Virus record (IMG/VR): IMGVR_UViG_3300045747_000694 | Location: 1-42,164 of that record | DNA length: 42,164 nt | Origin: a virus | Strand: one strand, 5' to 3' | Part shown: positions 36,269 through 42,164 of the stretch, one piece after another | Numbering within the stretch: position 1 is the first letter of the stretch | Layout: the number at the start of each line of letters is the position of its first letter | Made by a program: the position numbers and the translations under genes | Notes under the pieces: generated by a model | Databases searched by the model: none | What the model saw: only the letters and a program-made list of their open reading frames with translations | Told to the model about the DNA's origin: nothing

Positions 36269-36595
36269 CTACATCTCGCTCTCTTCTGCAACGTCGTTCA
36301 GGCTGTTGATCTCCGACTCCAAGCTGAGCATGGTGTCGCAGACAACAGGGACCTCCACGGTGAGGTCCTGGTTGAAGCGCATCTTCATCTCGTCCTTCAT
36401 CGACTTGAAGTAGTCGACTCTCTTCTCGTACGCGAAGGTGGGCACAGTATAGACGCCACACCGGTTCCCGTTGGGCTCTCTCACTTCGATGATGCGAACG
36501 TCCCGGAGCTTGCGGAGCACCCGCACCCGAGCCTCGAGCCTCTTCTTCTCTTCGCGAAGGAGGGCGAGCTCCTTCACCAGCGTCGTCTTGGCCAT
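36269..36595 (-). CDS. Hypothetical coiled-coil protein (108 aa)
   Basis: ATG at 36595 overlaps the upstream TGA (TGATG). MAKTTLVKELALLREEKKRLEARVRVLRKL. Confidence 0.55.
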   Translation of the reverse strand: MAKTTLVKELALLREEKKRLEARVRVLRKLRDVRIIEVREPNGNRCGVYTVPTFAYEKRVDYFKSMKDEMKMRFNQDLTVEVPVVCDTMLSLESEINSLNDVAEESEM

Positions 36596-37152
36596 CACGC
36601 CTCCGTGCGGGGCATAGCGAGGTACGCCTCGTGGAGCTTCTTCATGTACTCGGTGGCCTTCTCGTAGCTCCAGGCGTGGATCATCTTGCCCTCGGCCGCC
36701 ATGGTGACCTGCTCGGTGGCTCCGAAGAGCGAGCCAGCCGTGGCGTCGATGATGGACTCCGTCCACTCGAGATGGATGACGCGCTTGCGCCAGCCGACCT
36801 TGATGACGCCCATCTTCGTGGTGACGAGGAGCCACGGCAGGTGCGGGCAGCACGTGTCCCCGCAGTACCCGTTGGGGATCTCCTTCACGAAGATGGCGCC
36901 GATGTTGGCGTCGCGGAAGATCGCGTCGGCCCTCTCGAGCCACTCCTTCTTGTAGCCCTGGTACTTGGGATCGACGCGACGCATCTCGACGTGGAGCGCC
37001 GTGAGGAGGTTGCGGACAGCCTCCTCGATGGCGCGGTCGTCGTTCTTCGTGAGTGGCCGCGGGTAGGCCAGCCGGAGGTCGAGGCCGATGTGCCCATCCT
37101 CCCCTACCTGCTCGCTGCGGTAGACCCTCTTGTACTCCTTCTCGTCGATCAC
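36595..37152 (-). CDS. Hypothetical protein (185 aa) with CGDTCCPH cluster, GTG start
   Basis: GTG at 37152 with GGAGGGAGG upstream and a GTGA overlap with the upstream stop. No family recognised. Confidence 0.5.
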   Translation of the reverse strand: MIDEKEYKRVYRSEQVGEDGHIGLDLRLAYPRPLTKNDDRAIEEAVRNLLTALHVEMRRVDPKYQGYKKEWLERADAIFRDANIGAIFVKEIPNGYCGDTCCPHLPWLLVTTKMGVIKVGWRKRVIHLEWTESIIDATAGSLFGATEQVTMAAEGKMIHAWSYEKATEYMKKLHEAYLAMPRTEA

Positions 37153-37328
37153 CTTGCCTCCCTCCGCAGGAGAGGAGCCTTCTCCAACATCCAAGGGGTG
37201 AAGCACTCGGTGTGCAGGAGGAACGCCTTCTTCGTGCTGGGAGTCTGCACCTCGAGCATGCTGTCTCCATCCTTGATGGCGCTCTTGCACTCCGCGCACT
37301 TGAAGCTCTTCTTGGTCTTTCTGGCCAT
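37149..37328 (-). CDS. Small Zn-ribbon protein (59 aa)
   Basis: CTGAGGAGCTG then ATG at 37328 (TGATG overlap with the VWA gene stop). FKCAECK...HTEC. Confidence 0.55.
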   Translation of the reverse strand: MARKTKKSFKCAECKSAIKDGDSMLEVQTPSTKKAFLLHTECFTPWMLEKAPLLRREAR

Positions 37329-39055
37329 CAGCTCCTCAGGTAGTTGGTGAAGGAGGTCCTCACGAGATCGGTCATCTCGAAGAAGAGGTCCTCCGGGTTG
37401 TCTCCGACGCGCACCCAGCGCTTCGGGCCCAGCATCCTGTCCGCCTCTGAAGACGGCAGGGTGTTGCCCAGCAGCACGGTGCTGACTCGGATGCGCCGGC
37501 GAGAGGCATCGACCACGTCCTGCCTCACCTGCTCGCGCAGGCTGATGTTCGACTGGGCCCCGATGGTCTGCGGGTTGCCGTCCGAGACGATGAGCAGGTG
37601 CTTCATCCTCCCAGGCATCTGGGCCAGCTGCCGCGCAGCGACAGGAACGGCGATGTGAAGCGGGGTGAGCCCCCACGCCTCGGGGATGGTCTTCTTCGGC
37701 AGGTAGCCCTTGGTCGGGTCCTCGAAGTCGATGATGACTGTCCCTCCGGTGCTGTCGCCAGAGAAGCCCCAGACCTTCACGTTCGAGAAGGGGAACTTGG
37801 TAGCCACCGCAGCCACCTTCGCTGCCCTCGAGACGGTCATCCAGAGCTGCTGCATGGAGCCGCTCATGTCGAGCAGGATGATGAGGTCGAAGCCCTTGGC
37901 CGGGCGGTCCTCGAGGAAGAACTCCATGTCGCCCTGACCGTGGAGGAACTCGATGTAGCGCTCGGGGTCGAGGTGGGATCCCTCTTCGGCCCTCGCACGG
38001 GTGCGCTGGTCGATGAGCTTGATGAAGATGCGGCGCAGCTCCGAGGCGAGACGGGAGTCCCTCTCGCTCAGCCTGAACTCCTCGGCGTCATGGGTGGCCA
38101 CGTGGATGATCTTCGTCCTGTGCATCCCCTTCAAGAGGTCCTGGTCCGGCGGGATCTCGTGCAGCTTGGAGGAGAGGCGGCGGATGAGCGTCTGCACCTC
38201 CTCCATGCCTGAGCTGAGGAGCTGGGTGAGCGCATCATCCGACTCGAGGCCCATCGCAGTGCGCGCGACGTGCCTGGTCTTCTCCGTGTCCCTGTCGAGA
38301 GCTCGAGGGGACTCGGTGTCGAACAGCAGGGCAGACCCCCGAGATTGGAGGGCCGCCTTCTCCATCTGAACGACTGCCCGCTCGTTGCTGTAGGGCTTCC
38401 TCTTCGTCATCCTCCTCACCCCACCAGCCTGCGGCACGCCGGGCTCCTGGAGCACCTCCTCATCTGCGAGGAGGCCGATGACGTGGTCGAGGATGATGCG
38501 GGTGGCCACGAGCACAGTGGGGTAGCTGGCACGCTTCACCAGTTCGAGCGCTCGCAGGATGACGGGGTCGAAGCGGTCCCAGTTGCTGCCGGGGACCACG
38601 GCTGCGTCGATGCCGAGGGCGATGACCCTCATGGTGAGGTTGCCCTTCGTCCCGTCGGCGAGGAGGCGCTCCCACCGAGTCTTCAGGCGCTCGGCACTGC
38701 CCGGGTACACCATCTCGTGGAGAGAGTGCACCCGAACGTCATCGACGGCGTTGGCGAGCATGTCGATGAAGTCCTCCTGGAGGGAGGTGGGGGACAGCCC
38801 CTTCAGCTTCCTCTCCTCGAGGTAGAGCTCCACGAAGTGCGCTCGAGCGTAGAGGTCCGTGCCGAAGAGCACGTGCGTCCACTCGTGCTTGTGGATGACG
38901 TCCACCTCCTGGTCCTCGATGGGGACAGAGAGGTAGGTCTCGGTGTCCGTCCGACCAGGAGGATCAGCGGCGAAGAGCGTGAGCTCCTTCCCCGTGAGGC
39001 CGCAGAAGATCTTGTGGACCTTCCGCATGATGTCGACCCGGTCCTTGTGGCTCAC
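37328..39055 (-). CDS. von Willebrand factor A (VWA) domain protein, CobT-like partner of the AAA+ ATPase (575 aa)
   Basis: GTG at 39055 in a GTGA overlap with the AAA gene stop (the in-frame ATG at IMRKVH is an alternative). C-terminal FDLIILLDMSGSMQQ (MIDAS DxSGS) ... LLIVSDGNPQ. Confidence 0.65.
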   Translation of the reverse strand: MSHKDRVDIMRKVHKIFCGLTGKELTLFAADPPGRTDTETYLSVPIEDQEVDVIHKHEWTHVLFGTDLYARAHFVELYLEERKLKGLSPTSLQEDFIDMLANAVDDVRVHSLHEMVYPGSAERLKTRWERLLADGTKGNLTMRVIALGIDAAVVPGSNWDRFDPVILRALELVKRASYPTVLVATRIILDHVIGLLADEEVLQEPGVPQAGGVRRMTKRKPYSNERAVVQMEKAALQSRGSALLFDTESPRALDRDTEKTRHVARTAMGLESDDALTQLLSSGMEEVQTLIRRLSSKLHEIPPDQDLLKGMHRTKIIHVATHDAEEFRLSERDSRLASELRRIFIKLIDQRTRARAEEGSHLDPERYIEFLHGQGDMEFFLEDRPAKGFDLIILLDMSGSMQQLWMTVSRAAKVAAVATKFPFSNVKVWGFSGDSTGGTVIIDFEDPTKGYLPKKTIPEAWGLTPLHIAVPVAARQLAQMPGRMKHLLIVSDGNPQTIGAQSNISLREQVRQDVVDASRRRIRVSTVLLGNTLPSSEADRMLGPKRWVRVGDNPEDLFFEMTDLVRTSFTNYLRS

Positions 39056-40008
39056 GTGAGCCCCACTCGAGCGGCGAGGTCGGCGTGCGTCCCGTTCTTG
39101 GTGATGTCCTGGATCCGCTCGATGACGAGCTTCCGGTCCTCGTCGCCGAACTTCTGGCAGAGGAGGAACATCATGTCGAACCAGCCAACGCGGGGGAGCA
39201 GGTTGATGAGCTCCACCAGGTCGCGCGTGGAGAGGGAGTAGCTGGTGGCGCCCTGCCGGGTCTGGTTGGCGATGTTCACCAGCATCTCCAGGCCCTGCTG
39301 CTGGATGGGGTCTCCCATCGAGCCCGTCTTCCCGTAGCCGGTCATCTCCATGAGGATCTCCTTCTCCGCCTCGGGGGGCGGGTAGGGGATGTCGATGCAG
39401 GTGAAGCGCGAGCGCAGGTCGTCGTTCAGCTCGTTGGTCCCGCCGTACACGGTGGGGTTCTGCGTGGCGATGACCCAGAGCTTGGCAGTGGGCGAGAGCT
39501 CGAGCCTGGTGGAGAGCTCTGGGATCTCCAGCTTGCGCCTGAAGTCGGTGAAGCTGTTCACCAGCTTCTGCTGCTGGTTGGGCAGCGAGTTCAGCTCCTC
39601 GAGCACGAGCATGGCGAAGCCGCACTCGTTGGCCACCTTGATGGCATTGGCGACGGTGCCGAGGATGAAGGGGGTCTCGCCGCTCTTGGCGATGAAGCCT
39701 CCCTTGAAGTGCCGCTCCCGCGTCTCCTCCGAGCAGTCCATGGAGAGGTAGGGGATGCCGAGGGTCTCGGCCAGGTACGACGCCAGCAGGGACTTCCCCG
39801 TCCCCTTCGGTCCGTTGAGGAGGAGGTTGGGAGGGTCCCAGGTACCCGAACCGGTAGGTACCTGACTCATCTTGGTGATGAAGGGGATGAGCTCGAAGAC
39901 GTCCACGAACTTCAAGCTCTTCCTCAAGACGAGCGAGGCAGGTACCATGTACCGGACTTCGATGCCGTTGACGCGGAGGATGCCCTCTCCAATTGCTTCG
40001 AGAGTCAT
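39052..40008 (-). CDS. MoxR-type AAA+ ATPase, CobS-like (318 aa)
   Basis: Walker A LLLNGPKGTGKSLLASYLAE. Walker B AMLVLEELN. MoxR-like length and layout. First gene of the minus-strand operon, downstream of the divergent promoter region. Confidence 0.75.
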   Translation of the reverse strand: MTLEAIGEGILRVNGIEVRYMVPASLVLRKSLKFVDVFELIPFITKMSQVPTGSGTWDPPNLLLNGPKGTGKSLLASYLAETLGIPYLSMDCSEETRERHFKGGFIAKSGETPFILGTVANAIKVANECGFAMLVLEELNSLPNQQQKLVNSFTDFRRKLEIPELSTRLELSPTAKLWVIATQNPTVYGGTNELNDDLRSRFTCIDIPYPPPEAEKEILMEMTGYGKTGSMGDPIQQQGLEMLVNIANQTRQGATSYSLSTRDLVELINLLPRVGWFDMMFLLCQKFGDEDRKLVIERIQDITKNGTHADLAARVGLT

Positions 40009-40077
40009 AAGGCCTCAGATAGTGTAGGGTTGTAGTCCTTCAAGGTCTTATCCCCTCAACGCGGACCCTTTGGACCG
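40009..40077. promoter_or_regulatory. Divergent intergenic region, relatively AT-rich; likely promoters for the minus-strand island and the + strand genes
   Basis: 69-nt gap between divergent starts (40008 - / 40078 +). TAGTGTAGGGTTGTAG and TTCAAGGTCTTATCCCCT stand out against ~67% GC coding sequence. Confidence 0.4.
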
Positions 40078-40401
40078 ATGCCCCAAGACCAAGAACTGAC
40101 CATCGACAAGCTCTCCGCCGGTGATCGTCCGTCGATCCTTGCTCTGGGCGTGGCCGCCGCAGAGTCCTTGAAGCAGGTCAGTCTCGCCGTCTTCATGGTC
40201 GATGTGCTGGGCCGGGTCCAGATCCTTCCGCCGACCTCCGTCATGGTGAAGCTCCCAGCTCGCGTGAAGGACGCTGAGCTGGACTCCCTCGACGAGACCT
40301 CGGCCATCCACATCATGACTGCGCAGGGAGACGGCGATGACTCCATCTTGGAGTACCTTCGCCACCGAAAGGGGCTGGCGGATGGCGACGCGCATCTGTG
40401 A
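40078..40401 (+). CDS. Hypothetical protein (107 aa)
   Basis: ATG at 40078. High GC3. Confidence 0.5.
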   Translation: MPQDQELTIDKLSAGDRPSILALGVAAAESLKQVSLAVFMVDVLGRVQILPPTSVMVKLPARVKDAELDSLDETSAIHIMTAQGDGDDSILEYLRHRKGLADGDAHL

Positions 40402-40639
40402 CACCGAGCCGTGCGACAAGATGAAGATGGCGCTGAGCCTCTTCTTCCGCACCGAGGAGCTGGAGAACTACAACCCCGAGGAGGGGCTGCTCATCGCCAC
40501 GGTGGAGAAGAAGAAGGGGCAGGCCCCGGTGGACCTCCACTTCAAGTACTGCCCGTTCTGCGGAACCAGAGCGGCCCTCGGCCTGGTGGATGGGCTCGAG
40601 GAAGAGTACGAGCTTCGAGGCTCGAGGCAGACGGCGTAG
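40382..40639 (+). CDS. Small Cys-containing protein (85 aa), CPFCG Zn-ribbon half-site
   Basis: GAAAGGGGCTGGCGG then ATG at 40382. Overlaps the upstream gene by 20 nt in the +1 frame. Confidence 0.5.
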   Translation: MATRICDTEPCDKMKMALSLFFRTEELENYNPEEGLLIATVEKKKGQAPVDLHFKYCPFCGTRAALGLVDGLEEEYELRGSRQTA

Positions 40640-40642
40640 CAG

Positions 40643-41320
40643 ATGCCCATCCCGGTCTCTCTCCCCTCCGGTGCGTTGGCCATCGACGACACCATCTCGG
40701 CAACCGCCGAGGCGTTCGTCGCTGCCATCGGACAGGTCTTCCGGTCAGGGACGTCTGGGGCGACACTCAACACCCCGCCCACGCTCTTCCCCGACGGCAC
40801 CAACCCCGCCATCGATCCGGGGAGCGGGCAGCCCTACCTCGCCTCGCTCGTCATCAGCACTCCCGAGCAGCAGCTCTTCTTCCGCCAGCTGGCGGTCGCC
40901 ATCGCTTCCGCCATCGGCTCTGGGGGCGGAGGTGGGCCACCTCCCATCACCGTCCAGCTCGTCCAGTTCGATGCGCTGTGCCCCTCGACTGTAGCCGTGG
41001 GCGACCTGGTTCGTGTGGCGAGCGCTGGTCACGTCGCCAAGACCGACATCACCGACATCGCGAGCCTCCCCGCCATCGGCGTCGTGACGGCCAAGGCGAC
41101 GACCACGAGCTGCACGGTGCAGACGCATGGCATCGTGGCGGGGCTCTTCACGGGGCTCACTCCCGGCCTTCTCTACTACGTGGCTCGCGACAGCACGCTC
41201 GGGCCCCTCCCAGTTCCCACCTCCGGCGAGACGCTGTTCTGGCAGGCGGTGGGTGTCGCACTCGACCCCACAAGCCTGGTCTTCACGCCGAGCCTGACCC
41301 TGTCGAGAGTCGTAGGGTAA
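40643..41320 (+). CDS. Hypothetical protein (225 aa), possible fibre tip or adhesin
   Basis: ATG 3 nt after the upstream TAG. Gly/Pro-rich linker GSGGGGGPPP separates two halves. Confidence 0.5.
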   Translation: MPIPVSLPSGALAIDDTISATAEAFVAAIGQVFRSGTSGATLNTPPTLFPDGTNPAIDPGSGQPYLASLVISTPEQQLFFRQLAVAIASAIGSGGGGGPPPITVQLVQFDALCPSTVAVGDLVRVASAGHVAKTDITDIASLPAIGVVTAKATTTSCTVQTHGIVAGLFTGLTPGLLYYVARDSTLGPLPVPTSGETLFWQAVGVALDPTSLVFTPSLTLSRVVG

Positions 41321-41386
41321 CATCCGCGTTCCCACCTCTACTTGGTGGGTGCTACCTTCAATCCACAACCCGAGGAGCCACGTACT

Positions 41387-41818
41387 ATGGCACGTAGAAA
41401 CCTGAAGACCGACGCCCCCGAGATCACGCCCCCCGTCATCCCGAACCTGGCCCCTCCGCCTCCCCCGGCGGCCGGCAAGGCTCTGGACGTCCTGAAGATC
41501 GACGAGCTGCGGCTGCTCAAGATCACCAGGCTGATGGAGAAGGAGCGGGCCGCCAAGTACGAGTCGATGGCGGCCCTCAACGCGCTCAACGGCCTCTTCC
41601 AGGAGTTCCTCAACAAGGACCCGAAGGGCAAGGAGCTGAACGAGAAGGTGGCCGAGCTCCAGGCCGAGGCGCAGAAGGCCTCCAAGGAGTACGCCGAGCT
41701 CGTCGCCTCGGTGGGCAAGGAGCTGAACCTGAACATGCAGGAGTACGCCTTCGACGACGAGACGGGCGTGCTCCACAAGTTGCCGGCGGTACCTCCGCCG
41801 GCTCCACGTAGCACGTAG
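41387..41818 (+). CDS. Hypothetical coiled-coil protein (143 aa)
   Basis: CGAGGAGCCACGTACT then ATG at 41387. Upstream in-frame sequence is junk. Flanked by CACGTAG repeats. Confidence 0.5.
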   Translation: MARRNLKTDAPEITPPVIPNLAPPPPPAAGKALDVLKIDELRLLKITRLMEKERAAKYESMAALNALNGLFQEFLNKDPKGKELNEKVAELQAEAQKASKEYAELVASVGKELNLNMQEYAFDDETGVLHKLPAVPPPAPRST

Positions 41819-41834
41819 GCAGTAGGAGGGGGCT

Positions 41835-42164
41835 ATGGCCCTTCGCCGGTTCGTCTTCCAGACTCTCGCCGCTGGTTCTGGCTACTTCGACTCGAGCCAG
41901 GACTCCGACGAGCTCCAGGTCGCGAAGGTCACCATCGTCACCGGCGTGGCCGGTGTCGGTCTTGCCATGGGCACGACCGACATCACTGGCGTGCGCGACA
42001 TCCTCCTCGCGCGGGAGATGACGTTCTCCGGAGGCGTCGGCGGGATCGCCATCGACGCCGGCGGCCTCCGGATCACCAACCTCAACCTGACGCCGTCGGC
42101 CAACAGCGACGCCGTCTCGAAGCAGTACGTCGACAACCTGGCCTCGGGCGTCGACTGGAAGAAC
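41835..42164 (+). CDS. Tail-fibre-like protein, N-terminal part (3' end beyond window)
   Basis: GGAGGGGGCT then ATG at 41835. Open to the window end. SDAVSKQYVDN resembles the conserved xAxxKxYVDx segment found near the N-terminus of many phage tail fibre proteins. Confidence 0.5.
   Translation, partial: MALRRFVFQTLAAGSGYFDSSQDSDELQVAKVTIVTGVAGVGLAMGTTDITGVRDILLAREMTFSGGVGGIAIDAGGLRITNLNLTPSANSDAVSKQYVDNLASGVDWKN

Noticed and set aside
39050-39061. Perfect 12-bp palindrome GCTCACGTGAGC at the AAA/VWA junction
   Set aside because: About ten 12-bp perfect palindromes are expected by chance in 42 kb. It also arises naturally from the GTGA overlap context. It might still be an operator.
1-42164. 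Diversity-generating retroelement targeting the LamG/fibre genes
   Set aside because: No reverse-transcriptase-like ORF (no YxDD motif) anywhere in the window. I could not identify a near-identical TR/VR DNA pair by eye. It would need a self-alignment to exclude formally.
1-42164. tRNA genes, CRISPR arrays, integrase/attachment sites, lysis cassette
   Set aside because: Intergenic spaces are all under 100 nt except 6784-7105 and 31824-31960, and neither shows a cloverleaf or direct-repeat/spacer pattern. No tyrosine or serine recombinase motifs, endolysin or holin-spanin set was recognised. The small two-TM proteins are discussed as virion proteins rather than holins.

Overview
The window is a 42-kb, high-GC (~67%) stretch of a tailed-phage or prophage genome. 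Coding strands are tightly packed with ATGA, GTGA and TGATG start/stop overlaps and codons mostly ending in G or C. Many alternative-frame and antisense 'ORFs' in the supplied track are GC artefacts (translations rich in R, P and G) and are not listed as features.

The + strand from 1 to 31823 is a late structural module, in this order:
- The C-terminal nuclease domain of the large terminase, truncated at the window start.
- A small minus-strand two-gene insert: a tail-anchored membrane protein and an HTH_17 regulator.
- A head module: a putative portal, an acidic scaffold, several small proteins, and a ~376-aa major capsid candidate followed by a strong hairpin.
- A run of small Gly/Ala-rich proteins.
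- About 12 kb of putative receptor-binding proteins: an N-terminal LamG protein, an 1807-aa protein with six internal ~55-aa repeats, a BNR/beta-propeller protein, and a 2xFN3 + LamG protein.
- Baseplate-like proteins, a 1114-aa contractile tail sheath, and a tail tube.

A terminator follows the tube gene. Then comes an 8-kb minus-strand island (31961..40008) of 18 genes. Most are translationally coupled and many encode tiny zinc-ribbon/CxxC proteins. The island also carries a cold-shock-domain protein, a ribbon-helix-helix regulator and a MoxR-type AAA+ / VWA (CobS/CobT-like) pair. A divergent AT-richer promoter region (40009..40077) follows, and the + strand resumes with small proteins and a tail-fibre-like gene that runs off the window end.

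Three observations stand out:
- A family of five small virion-module proteins shares an 'AFxDELxKI' motif. One copy lies in an ORF missing from the ORF track.
- A novel ~55-aa repeat module occurs in the giant fibre protein.
- The coupled zinc-ribbon + MoxR/VWA island sits inside the tail gene cluster.

I saw no tRNA, CRISPR array, integrase, reverse transcriptase or recognisable lysis genes.
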